Positions 49,336 through 61,734 of a DNA stretch of 64,000 bases are shown piece by piece (the first letter of the stretch is position 1; each line of letters starts with the position of its first letter). The notes beneath the pieces are model-generated. The model saw nothing but the letters and a program-made list of their open reading frames with translations, did no database searches and was not told where the DNA came from. The translations under genes and the position numbers were made by a program. The stretch lies in NCBI GenBank assembly GCA_030390025.1, contig JASTWF010000034.1, positions 1,302,001 to 1,366,000 of the forward strand. The letters are read 5' to 3'. This DNA comes from Squalus acanthias. Taxonomy: Eukaryota.

Positions 49336-50222
49336 ATTTCACTTTTTGCTATTCTAGGGTAGTGGATTACTGGACCAGGGTACACAGATATAATTACATT
49401 CCAATGCTGGCAGTCTTTCCATTTTGTACAATACTTCACATTTTATTATTATTTAACATGAAATTGCAAAACCATTGCCAAATTGTGAAGCGAACACATC
49501 GGGTTGGATGGAGCATCGATCTTCCTCTACAGTACAGGTTAATGTGCTATAGTGCCGCCAGTGGTGAGAAGGTGTAACTACAGTGTGAGAAATTTACACA
49601 GAATGTTTCCAGCATAAATGTTCACATAGGTTATTATAAGGAAAAAAGATTGAACAAAAAGGATGACAGAATCTTTACAACAGGAAGTAAGATTGTGTTG
49701 ACAGGTAGCAAGATGCCTGCATTATGTTAATATGCAAAAGCCATATAAATATTTTGGAATTTAGTATTTCCTTATTCAAATTGCTAAAATTATTATCATG
49801 GATAAAAATACATTAATATTGAACAATCGATACAGTTTAGCACTCATTGAGATCACAGGACATACAATAATAGACAAGCTATCGCTGCATCACTGATTTT
49901 CCGAGAAACATCAAGTCACAAAGCTCATATCCACTGCCCATGTCGAGAGAATCCTCGGCCAAACCATCCACTCCCTGGAGAAGGAGAGGAAGTGGGAAGG
50001 GAAGCTCAGCATAGGAGGTCCATTCACTTCCTATTCGGTAGTCAAATACCCATTGGTGGTTGTCAATGACCAGCTGGTTCCCACTATTGAGAGTGGAGAT
50101 TCTGTCCCATCCATATGATGATCAACAAAACCTCCATAGGCATAAAAATGTTTAATAAAAGAGGGAAATGCTTTTAGTATTTAAACATCAATCCAGCCTT
50201 TTTTGTGTTTTGTTTTATTTAG

Positions 50223-50263
50223 ATACTGTTCTTAATCTGCAAACATTGCCGAGAGAAAACGCT
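50223..50263 (+). CDS. Cytoplasmic mini-exon completing an ITIM-like motif (Y)TVLNLQTLPRENA
   Basis: TTTTATTTAG|..|GTAAGT; phase 1-0; T+AT forms a Tyr codon with the previous exon. Confidence 0.6.
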
Positions 50264-53029
50264 GTAAGTTATAAATGCACTGCGACGTTATTGTTTCCAT
50301 TGATTTTGTATTTTATCTCGCTCATTCCTGCTCCTGGAAATATGTTTCCAAATATGTTGTTGCTTTCTCTCACAGAGTTCTTGTTCTTTTGATATGTCAC
50401 AATTGTCTTGTCCAGTAATTAATATTCATGAGGCCAAATACGTTTTTGATCACACTTCAACAGGTCTTAAAACGGCGACAGAAAAATGTCCAATAAAGAA
50501 TAGTGAACGGATATCTGTTTGTCTAAGCGGATTGAACAATTTATTTCCAATAGAACACGAATCTTTGCGGGGTGAGGCGTAGATTTGCTCCCGCTATAGG
50601 AACTGAAGGGAAATGTCAGAGTTCAATTACCACGAATGCAGCTGCAAATACACTCCTGTACAACCGAATCTGGACAGTGTACAGCAGTTACAGTTTAACT
50701 CTTGGTTAATGTGTGGAATATGCAGAGCATTGTGATGTAAACAAGAATATTTTCAATTTCCCCACTGAACCGGCGTGCGGTTTCCAGGCCTTACACCCAC
50801 CATCGTTGTATCCGCCTGGAATGTTAAGTTGTCCCTTCATTTTCTGATGCAGTCAGAAATAGCCGCTGGAACCTTTGAGTTAGAGTGGGCGAAAACGGTG
50901 ATCTGGATTCAGCCGTCCATTGTAAACCCTCCCAATTTCCCTTTGCATCGAAGTCAATGTGACCGGTGGCCGAACCCTTATCGCCCCTTTAGCGCCTCTG
51001 ATCAAGTAGAAAGTTCCTACCGCTCTCTGTTTCCAGCATCTCCTGTTTCCCTGCTGCTGCTCGAGAGTCCCTTCTTGCTTTTAAACGAACAGCATTACCT
51101 GAGGTGATTACTTCATCTGAAAATGTAACTCTCAGCAGACAGTTAATACCCTGTAGAGCAGCGGAATATTCCCCGTTAACCACTGCTCAATGGAACAACG
51201 CCGCTTTTGACATTTTCGGCTTCTGCCGCGAAGCATCTGCTGATAGAATTTCGCTGAACTGTTACCAGGGTGTAGTTGTTCGATTGAATTTCTGACCAAT
51301 TGCACCGTTTATTTCAGCGTCAGCGAGACACCGTCATAACCCTCGGTGAGGACTCCGTCATTTACGCAGCGGCGAAGCTGTAGAACATTTGCAGATCTCC
51401 CGGACACCAGGCTCGCCCATCTCAACAGTGCCGGTAATGTGATGGTCATCAGCATTTCACCCATTACAATATTATCCAGAGAGACTTTGTGTTTGGAAAT
51501 AGCCATCTATAGAAATGTTATCTGAGAGAAGTGTCCGACCCCACTCCTGGCAATTAGTTTAATTTGCACCTAATTTAAACGACCATTTTGGAACATGGTA
51601 ACCAGGAGCAGGACATTCAGACCCTCGATCTTCTCTATGGAATGAGATCCTGGTTGATCTGAACCTCAACTCCATTTACCTGGATTCCGCTCAAACATTT
51701 GATACCCTGACCTAAAAAAAGCTGTTCATTCTCAATCTCGAAATCTCCTATTGTCCCCCAGCACACAGTGCTTTTATGCGGGTAAAGTTCCAAATTTCTA
51801 CAAATTTTGTGTGAAAGTGTGCTTCCTGAATTTGCTTCTGCGCGGCCTAACTCTAATTTTAAGATTAGATTGTGAAAAATTTAATTACCAGAAAAAATTG
51901 TTTAACTGTATCCAACCTATCAGATAGTTTAAACATTTTAAGGGCCATGATTAATTTACACAATTATCTCCTGCACTCAAGGGAAAACAATCCAAGTCAA
52001 TGCAACCTGTCCTCAGAATTTAACCCTCTAATCCCCGGTATCATTTTGAGGAACTGCTCTGCACCACCCCCAAAGCCAATGTATTTTTCCTGAATTACGA
52101 GGCCCTGAACTAACCGCAGTATTCCAAATTGGGTCTGACCAAGGATTTGTACAACTCAATCTTAAATTCCATCCTTTTTTTCCATGTTCATTGAGATAAT
52201 TGTGACTGAATCGCTGCTTCTGCGTAGCCGGCCGCAAAATGCAAGCTTGACCCCAATCCATGAATTTGAATAATCGATTAACCACGAGATTGGGGGTTGC
52301 AAAATTTTGCGAATACTTTCGGACACACCATGCAGCAGGAGGGAAGAAGCGGTACTTTAATAAAAATAAACCTTCTTACTAAGCTTGCACATTGCAGAAC
52401 GGATCTCACTTTGTGGAAATTAGAATAGATTAGTAAACATCATGAGCATCTTTGCCATCTCCTTTACTGCTGGAGTTTGCTCCAGGAAGTGACATCTGCT
52501 CTAAATAAATTAGTGTAAAATTTGTTTTTGCTTTTACTGACTGGGCGTTAATTTTCACCTGAGCGGAGCAGCGAAAGGTAAATATGGTGCGGAAAATCGC
52601 GCGCAACTTGAGGAACGGGATTGACTTTCCTTTCATTGATAGTAAAGGGGTTTTATTCTGTTAAAACTGTGCGATTCCACGCAGCCCCGCCAGATTTTAC
52701 TCTCTGTGCTCCGCCCGGGTGATGTTTTGTTGCAGGAAATAATTATTACTATTAACGGCATTGAAGATGATTTAATAACTTTATAAGATCATACGCGTTT
52801 GATCGTACAGCAATGGCATGCTTGCAATATCTGAATAAATGCATTACAGTTTCACAGAGGTCTATTGACACAGTAGTGGTGTTTGTGTATTTACCACAAG
52901 GCCCCATGAGATTGGAAAGTTCAACAACAACAACTTGCATTAATATCTTTTCCTTAACATAGTAAAACGGTCCAAGGCGGCTCACAGGAAAGTAATCAGA
53001 AAAAAATCGAGATCGAGACATATGAGACG

Positions 53030-53450
53030 ATATATTTTGCTTGATTCCCCTAGAGTCAAAAATCAATGCAGCTCAGCCTTGAATATGCTCAACCATTCAG
53101 CATCCACAGCCCTCTGGGGTAGAGAATTCCAAAGATTCAAAGCCATCTGAATGAAGATATTTCTCCTCATCTCAATCTTAAATGACCGGCCACTTATCCT
53201 GAGATTATGTTTCCTACTTCTGGACTCTCCAGCCTTGAGTAACAACTTCTTAACATCTGCCCTGTCAATCTCCAACAGAATTGTATTTGTTACAGTGAGA
53301 TCACCTCCCATTCTTCTAAACACCAGAGAGTACAGGCCCAATCAACACAATCTCTCCTTAGAGGACAACCTTCTCATCCCAGGAATGAATCTATTAACCC
53401 TTTGTTGCGATGCTCCAAAGGCAAGTATCTCCTTGCTCAGATAAGAAGAC
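53030..53450 (-). mobile_element. CR1 3' fragment
   Basis: GLYSLVFRRMGGDL, NLWNSLPQRAV. Confidence 0.75.
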
Positions 53451-53456
53451 CAAAAT

Positions 53457-53755
53457 TGGATGAGATGTTAAACCGAGGCCCCGCCAACCCTCTCCGGTAG
53501 ACATAAAGTTTCCCATGGCACTATTAGATAAATCGCAGCGGAGTACTCCCCGGTGTTCTGGACAATGTTTATCTCTCAACCAACATCATTAAAACAGATC
53601 ATCTCGACATTATCACATTGCTATTTCTGGGACCTTGCTGTGCAAAATTGGATGCCGCGTTTCCGACATTGCAACAGTGACTGCACTTCAAAATGTACTT
53701 CATTGACTGTAACGTGTGTACTGAGGTCGTGAAATGGAAGACTTCCTTTTTTCTT
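53457..53755 (+). mobile_element. DeuSINE-like (AmnSINE1/SacSINE1-type) SINE remnant
   Basis: GATGAGATGTTAAACCGAGGCCCCG...CCCATGGCACTATT...CTTGCTGTGCAAAATTGG; recognised from memory of the Deu domain, not aligned. Confidence 0.55.
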
Positions 53756-54253
53756 TCTACTGAAACAGGGTGGCAATACCTTTCCCCCTAAAGCGCCCTA
53801 AAAGGCCATACTTTCCGCCCTCTTTCCCGTCCAAATGTTTCCTCTAAGGGGCGGCTAAGCCGATATCGCCCATTTTACACTCGCGCCAAAAGGTAAATTA
53901 CAAACTTTGTGTGGAGCAGCGGTCAGCGGCCTTGCAAAAGCGAGATCTGAAGACTGGGCTGAAATTTGAACTGTGATTCAGAAAGTGAGAGGACCAATCA
54001 CAGGGAGCCAATGAGGAACAACAGGGGCGGCTCGCTCGCCGTGGACACCGTCACATATTCCGGCACTACCCGTTGTTGGTCCAGGCTTCGTGAACTGAGC
54101 TGTTTCCAGGAGCCTGAGATCAAGTCCTGCTGCGGTATAATTAAATCATTGGAGGCGATGAGTCTGCGGGAGAGGCGCTCAAAGAAGCAAACAGCAGCCC
54201 TCAGAGAGTAGCGCTCCCCTCTCTGTCCAAAGTTTGCGTGCTAAGCTGTCAGT

Positions 54254-54326
54254 GGGGATGTCGCTCAGTGTTAGAGCGCATGCTTTGAATGTACGAGATC
54301 TCGTGTTCTAATCTTAAGCCTCTCCA
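54254..54326 (+). pseudogene. tRNA-Ala-derived pseudogene
   Basis: GGGGATGTCGCTCAGTGTTAGAGCGCATGCTTTGAATGTA...TCTCCA; A box, anticodon and T arm mutated. Confidence 0.7.
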
Positions 54327-54741
54327 ACCACTTTGTGATGCCAATTGTGAATGTAATTTCTATTGTCTCTCACCGAAAACCAGCTGCCCAGCGATGCCGA
54401 GGGCTCACTGCTTTTAAATCGCTTTCTGTTCACAAGGTTTCTGCTCCTCTTTGAACATTTCAAAAACAGGTCTGTGGCATAAATGCAATGGCGAACGTTC
54501 AGTGTCCAAGCTGAAATCCGATCGCTGAATCAGAAAGTGCAGATGGAAGAACCACAGGGAGTCAAAAAGGAATAAGAGCAGTGGCTGCTCGCTCAGCATT
54601 GTGACGTCACACAATCCGGTCAGTATGGGACTCAGGGGGTGAAGAGCAGCTCCGGCCAATTGAATATTTCTGGAGCCACAGATGTTGGAACCTGCGGCCG
54701 TCATATAGCAACTTTCAGCAACTGTGGTTAAAACAAATGCT

Positions 54742-54793
54742 TGGAGGTGCCGGGGATTGAATTTAGGCTCGCATACCACTGAGCTACATGCAC
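54742..54793 (-). pseudogene. tRNA-Ala remnant with internal deletion
   Basis: Reverse complement ATGTAGCTCAGTGGTA...TTCAATCCCCGGCACCTCCA. Confidence 0.6.
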
Positions 54794-55269
54794 GGGACAC
54801 AATGCGAATGACATCAAGGATAGAAGGACTGAGTTCCTTACATTCTTAATGTCTTCTTAATTCTTAAAATTATCTCCATTTGTGCTCCAATTATGGACTG
54901 AAGTATGTGCACCTGATACAAGTGTGGGTGAACAGAAGAAACCAGAGCGCAGCTGTCAGTGAACTAGAAAAGTGCCGTTGAGAAGGAAGACATGGGGGTC
55001 TTCTTGGGATCTTCCCTCAGGGAAAGAGGAGACTAAGAGGTGACCTCATGGAGATCTTTAACATTATGAAGCGATTACAAACATATAATCACAGAATCTT
55101 ACAGCACAGCAGGAGCCATTCGCCCCGTCATGACTGTGCTGATGGTACCAGTACTAGGGGACACAGATTTAAGGTATTTGGCAAGAAACACAGGAGGGAC
55201 GTGTCGAAAAACTTTTTTCACGCAGTGTGAGTTGAAGACCTGGAATTTGCTGCCGAAGGAAGTGGTGGA

Positions 55270-56070
55270 ACCCGTGGACCATCTTCCATACCTCGGGTAC
55301 CTACTGTCGACTATGGCAGACGTCGATGACAAAGTTCAGCACGCCCTTCAGTGTGCCAGTGCAGCCTTCGGCCGCCTGAGTAAGATTGTTTTTGAAGACC
55401 AGTACACAAACCCAGCACCAAGCTCATGGTCTTCAGAGCAGTAGTGATACATGCCCTCCTGTTTGCTTAAGAGACATGGACGATGTAAAGCAGTCGCCTC
55501 AGAGCACTGGAGAGGTACCAGCAACGCAGCCTCCGCAAGATCCTGCAAATCCAATAGCAGGATAGGGGCACCAACGTCAGTGATCTCGCTAAGGCCAACT
55601 TCCCTGAATCGAAGATATGACCACGCTCAATCAGCTCCGATGGACGGGTCACATCGTCGGCATGACCGATACGAGACTCCCAAAACAAGCGCTCTACTCA
55701 GAGCTCCGACACGGCAAGAGAGCCCAAGTTGGGCAGAGGAAACGCTTCAAGGACACCCTCAAAGCCTCCTTGAAAAAGCGCTACACCCCCACCGGCACCT
55801 GGGAATCCTTGGCCCAAGATCGCACAAAGTTGAGGAGAAGCATCCGGGAAGGCGCCGAACACCACGAGTCTCTTTGCCGGGAGCAAACGGAAGCCATGCG
55901 CAAGGAGCGCGCGTCAACCCAAGCACCCCACCGAGCCGCCCCTTCAACCACCGCATGCCCCACCTGTGACAGAGACTATAGGTCCCGCATTGAACTCATC
56001 AGTCACCTGAGAACTCATTTCTAGTGGGGATCAAGTCATCCTCGATTCCGAGGAATGCCTAAAAAGAAGA
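55270..56070 (+). mobile_element. RTE-clade LINE 3' fragment nested in a CR1 remnant
   Basis: VDHLPYLG, QLRWTGHIV.M.DTRLPKQALYSEL..GKR..GQRKRFKDTLK, CPTC..ISHLRTH, AAGAAG tail. Confidence 0.85.
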
Positions 56071-56470
56071 ACGACGGAAGCGGATACACGCAATGTTTTC
56101 AAGGGGGGACTGGATCGGCACTTGTGGGAAATCAATTTGCAACACTACGGGGATAGAGCGGGTGAATGGGACTGACTGGTTGGCTCTACAGAGAGCCGGC
56201 ACTGTCTCGATGGGCCAAATGGCCTCCTCTGCCCTTATGAATATATGACTCTATGACTCTACGATCGGATTGGAGCACAGGGAATGTTCAACCGGGAAGT
56301 TTGGAATGGCGAACGGGTAAGCGGCTTAGCGATGGTGTGTGCGAGAGTGGCAGCAAGCGTGGCGCGGTCATTAGATTTTAAGAAATCGAAGAAAGGTTTC
56401 ATCGAAGTCTCAGATGTTGAAACTCAAAACACAACATTTTGCAGAAAACTATGGTGAAAAATTTACATTT

Positions 56471-56542
56471 TGGGGCTGTTAGGGATTGAACCTGGCACCT
56501 CGCACATGCGAAGCATGCACTCTACCACTGAACTACACCCCC
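56471..56542 (-). tRNA. tRNA-Ala(CGC), probably a pseudogene
   Basis: GGGGGTGTAGTTCAGTGGTAGAGTGCATGCTTCGCATGTGCGAGGTGCCAGGTTCAATCCCTAACAGCCCCA; 72 nt with A/B boxes, but mismatches in acceptor and T stems and loss of G3:U70. Confidence 0.72.
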
Positions 56543-56809
56543 AACCGATGATTTGAGGCATTGAAAGAGAGACGGATTGGGAGCCTTACATTTCCAATCT
56601 CCATTTGTGTTCCAGGTCTGTGCTGAAGCAGGAGCAGCTGATGCAACTGTGGGTGAAGAGAAGAATTCTGGCCTCGTCACTCCGAGAAAGAGAAAGGGGA
56701 AATGAGAATGAAGACTTGTAGAATTGTTTGGCCTCTTCGTTCTTGGATAAAGTAGACTGAGAGGAGAGCTCATGTAGGCCTTGAACATTATGGAGGTGTT
56801 AAAATCATT

Positions 56810-57570
56810 GAATATTACAGCACAACAGGGGCTAATTGTAATGTCGTGCCTATGCCGGCTATTCATCCCTCACCCCAGCGTTTTGCCAGAACCCTGCAAA
56901 TTAGTTCTTTTCCAATAAATGTCCAATTGCTTTTTGAAGTTGCTGTGGAATCTGACTCTACTATCTTTTTAGGGAACTCGTTCCTGTACTTAACAACCGT
57001 CTGTGCAACAATATATATTGCAACTATGATGTCTGGTTACCATTCCAGTTGTCAGAGGAAATAGTTTCCCTACTTGCTCTATCAAACCCCCTAATGTTTT
57101 GAATATCTCTATTAAGTCTCCCGTTAACTGTCTCTGCGATAAGGAGAACAATCCCAGGATCTCCAATCTCTCCACATAACTTTTATCCCTTAACCCTGCT
57201 ACCATTCTAGAAATCTCCACTGCACCCTCTCCAAAGCCTTGCCATTTTGCCCAAAGTTTATGCCCATAATTCAAAACAATACTCCCACTGAATCTAACCA
57301 GTGTTTTATGAATATTTAGAATAACTTATTGACTTTTCTTCTCTATTCCTCTACTGATAAAGCCAAGCATCGCATGTGCTTTTTAACAGCCGTGTCCTGC
57401 CACCTTCAAAGATTTGTCCACATACACCTCCAGATCTCTCTGTTCATGCACCCCTTTAAAATTGTACTATTTCGTTCATATTGCCTCTCCTCATTCGTCC
57501 CTACAAAATATATCACGCCACACTTCTCTGCGTTAACTTCCATCTGCCATGTGTTTTCCCATCCTTCTTG
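56810..57570 (-). mobile_element. CR1 3' fragment (decayed)
   Basis: SYVERLEILGLFSL...GDLIEIFK. Confidence 0.7.
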
Positions 57571-58245
57571 AAGGCGATCAGAGAGTCAGCAACCACAACA
57601 CTGGCCGGCAACGCATTCCAGAGGCTGACTGCTCTCTGGTAAATGTAACGCCGCCTAAAATTCAGTCTATTCCTCCCTCTGTGTCAGGCTGAGAATATAT
57701 TCTTGTTAAATTGATCGGATTGGACGGCAAGAGCAGATGGGAGATGCTGTTCAACCGGCAAACGGGGAAGCGGCGGTGAGATGGTGGGTGTGAGAGTGGT
57801 AGCAAGCGTGGCGCGGTCGATAGATTGCAAGCAATGGAAGAAACAAAATTGTAAAACTTTTGGATTCTCTGAGTAACTGAGACACAGCGCGGTTGGAGAC
57901 GTGTGAGTGAACGTAAATGTCAGCATCGAAAGTTTAAGAAGTCTGTTTGTCTGTGTCTCTCGGCTTTCCTCATTGTCTTTCTCTGACCCTCCCTTTGTGT
58001 GTCCTGAAAGTCCTTTGCTGGTTTTCTGTGTGTCATTCTGTGTCTGTCCCATTGTGGGTGGTGTAATACTGAGTGTCCTAGTGACATTATGTAGCCAGGG
58101 TGAGCCTCCCAACACATGTGTTGCTGTGTCCGGAATTCTGGGCGACTTGATGGGAATGCGATCCCTTTCAATTTAGCCTGGAGGCTTGAATATGTGTCGC
58201 TAACTCACAGCACTGACAGACAGCTAGTGATCGATAGACCCCCGC

Positions 58246-58310
58246 AGCAGAGTGGCACAGCGGAAGCATGTTAGACCCAGAGCTCGATGGATCGAAGCCA
58301 TCTTCTGCTA
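58246..58310 (+). pseudogene. Initiator tRNA-Met pseudogene lacking the anticodon loop
   Basis: AGCAGAGTGGCACAGCGGAAGC...ACCCAGAGCTCGATGGATCGAAGCCATCTTCTGCTA; iMet-specific GATCGA T loop; ~7-nt deletion removes CAT. Confidence 0.78.
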
Positions 58311-58784
58311 TTTGCATTCTTATTTGCACCAAAAAAAATCATCAATTGCTACCCAGAATCACATTGCACTTATTTTTATCACACTTTACACTTTACATAC
58401 ATGAACATACTGCTTGCAATAAGCGCAAAAACCTGCAACAAAACTTTCAAATCAATTTTATTTGCACCAACATAAGCTGCAAATGCTGCAAACAGCCTTG
58501 GCAAATGCAACCTTGGATTCCACATTCTGCACGAATTCGCTGCTGCGTTTTCCGACGTTGCAGTAATGACGACATTTGAAAACTTATCCACTGCCTGTGA
58601 AGAGCTTCAGGAACTCCCAAGGGCAAGATACCCTAGCTGTGTATACATATATATTAGCATTAGAACTTGTTTTAATGTCATAAGTTTAAAGTTGTTGGTT
58701 TAGTTTTACTTATAGTTAGCTTTTGGATTTGTTTCTTGGACAAACCAGCATTGTGGGTTAGTTACTGGACTAGTAATCCACAGC

Positions 58785-61005
58785 CTGCCCCCGAGCTTCC
58801 TTTTCACCGGTCAATTTACTTCTCTTATCCACTCCCACTCTGGCCGCTCTGTCCTCGGCCTCTGACAGTGTTCCAGCGAAGCTCAACGTAAGCTCGAGGA
58901 ACAGCACATCACCTTTCGCTTAGTCACATTACTGCCATATGAAAACGTCATCGATTTCAACGATTTCAGTCCATAATCTCTGCATCTATTTCTTTCAGTT
59001 TGCCGCTGTTGATGTTCTGCCATTATCATTTACACCTCTTCTAGACACATATTTTGCTTATTTACTTGTCCAATTAACATCTCCTTTTACTTTGTTCATA
59101 CATACCATTATGTCATTTAATCACTCCTGACTTCTACCCGATCATAGATCTTCCCTTTTGTTCTTTCCTCCCCTCCCCAGGCAGGGGGATTGTGATATAC
59201 TTGAACAAATTAATATTGAGAGGGAGGAGGTACCAGCGGTTTTAGCAGGCTTAAAAGTGGATAAATTCGGAGGCCAAGAGGAGATGAATCCCAGGCTGTT
59301 GTGTGAGGCAAGGGAGGAGATTGCAGGGGCTCTGACATAAATATTCGGAACCTCTCTGGCCACAGGGGAGGTGCCAGAGTACTGGAGAACAGCTAACGTA
59401 GTACTATTATTCAAGAAGGGTAGTAGGGATAAACCAGGGAATTACAGGCCAGTAAGTCTAACATCAGTTATAGGGAAATTATTGGAAAAAGTTCTGAGGG
59501 ACAGAATTAGTCTCCACTTGGAGAGGCAAGGATTGATCAAGGATAGTCAGCATGGCTTTGTCAGGGGGAGATCATGTCTGACCAATTTGATTTAATTTTT
59601 TAAGGGGGTAACTAGGTGTGTGAATGAGGGTGGTTTATGTGTTCTACATGGACTTCAGTAAGGCTTTTGACAAAGTCCCGCATGGGAGACTGGTCAAGAA
59701 GGTAAAAGCCCATGGGATCCAGGGCAACTTGGCACATTGGATCCAAAATAGTCTCAGTGGCAGGAGGCAGAGGGTGATGGTCGAAGGTTGTTTTTGTGAC
59801 TGGAAGCCTGTGTCAGGTGGTTTACCACAGGGATCGGTGCCGGGTCCTTTGCTGTTTGTAGTGAACATTAATGATTTAGATATGAATGTAGGAGGTATGA
59901 GCAGTAAGTTTACAGATGACTCGAAAATTGGTGGGGTGGTAAATAGCGAGGAGGGAAGCTTCAGGCTACAGGACGATATAGACGGGTTGGCCAGATGGGC
60001 AGAATAGTGGCAAATGGAATTTAAACCTGAAAAGTGTGAGGTGATGTATTTTGGGAGGCATAACAAGGCAAGGGACTGCACAATGAATGATAAGATCCTA
60101 GGAAGGAGAGAGGATCAGAGGGACCTTGGTGTGCATGTACATAGATCCCTGAAGGCAGCAGGCCAGTTAGATAAGCTATTTAAAAATGCATATGGGATAC
60201 TTGCCTTCATTAGCCGAGGCATAGAATATAACAGCAGGGTGGTTTTGATGGAGCTGTACAAAACGCTAGTTAGGCCACAGCTGGAATACTATGTGCAGTT
60301 TTGGTCGCCACACTATAGCGAGGATGTGATTTCATTGGAGAGGGTGCAGAGGAGATTCACCAGGATGTTACCTGGGCAGCAGCGCTTCAGCTATGAAGAG
60401 AGATTGGTCAAGCTGGGGTTGTTTTCCTTAGAACAGAGAAGGCTGAGGGCTGGGGGGGGGGGGGGTGCTGATTGAGGTGTACAAAATTATGAGAGGTATA
60501 GATAGGGTAGATATAAAGGAACGTTTCCCCTTGGTAGATTGGTCAAGAAACAGGGGGCATAGATTTAAGGTAAGGGGCAGGAGGTTTACAGGGAATTTGA
60601 GGAAAAACCTTTTCACCCAGTGGGTCTTTGGAATCTGGAACTCACTGCCTGAAAGGGTGGTAGAGGCAGGAACAGTCACAACATTCAAGAAGCATTTAAT
60701 TGAGCACTTGAAAAGCCACAGCTTACAAGGCTACGGATCAAGTGCTGGAAAATGAGATAAAAATAGACAGGGCTTGATGGCCGGCGCGGACACGGTGGGC
60801 CGAAGGGCCTCTTTCTGTGCAGCATAACTCTATGACTCTATGACTTCCCCTCCCCCTGCCTGTGCACTTGTTTTGCACCTGTTACGTCTCTCAATTTTTC
60901 CAGTTCTGACGAAGGATCATCGACCTCAAAGTTTAACACTGTTTCTCTCTCCACAGATGCTGTCTGACCAGTTGATTATTTCAAGCATTTTTTGTTTATA
61001 TTACA
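58785..61005 (+). mobile_element. Old PLE 3' fragment (second family) split by a CR1
   Basis: HSHS..SVLGL..CSSEAQRKLEEQHITFRL (GIY-YIG C-terminus like) at 58830-58930; pLTR resumes at 60846 with CTGACGAAGG hammerhead-like remnant. Confidence 0.6.
59179..60845 (+). mobile_element. CR1 LINE RT 3' part
   Basis: PGNYRPVSLTS, MDFSKAFDKVPH, PQGSVPGPLLF, FTDDSKIG, LVRPQLEY; (ACTCTATG)n tail; candidate TSD TCCCCTCCCC at 59169-59178 and 60846-60855. Confidence 0.9.
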
Positions 61006-61029
61006 AAAGTAATTCAGCGTTCTGACTAA

Positions 61030-61385
61030 AGATCCATAGACAAGTGTTCAAATCGAACCACGGCAACTGGGGAATTGAAATTCAGTTAATAAATCTGGAA
61101 CAACAAGGTAGCATCAGTATGGTGACCATGAAACAACCGGAGTGTCGTAAAAGCCCAACTGGTTCACTAACATCGTTTAGGGAAGTAAATCTGACGTCCT
61201 TACCTGGTCTAGCCTTTATTTGATTCCAGACCGACAGCAATGTGGTTGACTATTCACTGTCTTCTGAAATGGCCCAGCAAGCCACTCAGTTGTATCAGGC
61301 CGTTCACCACCACCTTGTCAAGGGCTATTATGGATGGCCAATAAATGCTGGCCTTGCCAGCCACGCCCACATCCCGTGAATTACT
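61030..61385 (+). mobile_element. SINE body; its probable head lies at ~58748-58785
   Basis: GTTCAAATC box-B-like start; 3' end AATAAATGCTGGCCTTGCCAGC...CCCACATCCC similar to the LINE tail at 42050-42110. Confidence 0.5.
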
Positions 61386-61734
61386 AAACTAAAATTGCCC
61401 TGTAGCTCGAAATAACTAAATGGTTAAAAGTTGTCAACACCAGGATGTTTTAGGGTTTAATGTGTCAAGATTCAATTTAGCAGACACTGTTGTTTAGGTT
61501 TTACTGAAAGTGAAGATGCGCGATTCGTTTCTGTTTACTTCTTTTTGTGGCCACATTGTGAAAGGAGCTCTTTCTTGAGAGAGGAAGAGAGACAATAGGA
61601 CAGAGTGCAAAACCAGTTAGAATCTGTAGTTTTGAAGGAAATATATTATTTCTGGGGCTGTTGTTCACAGTAAAACGTGTCATGCTATAATGAATCAGCA
61701 ATATTCATGTGGGTAAGAAGCAAAAACAACTTAT

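Noticed and set aside
53990..54035. Two CCAAT boxes and a GC box
   Set aside because: No associated gene start; probably internal to a decayed repeat
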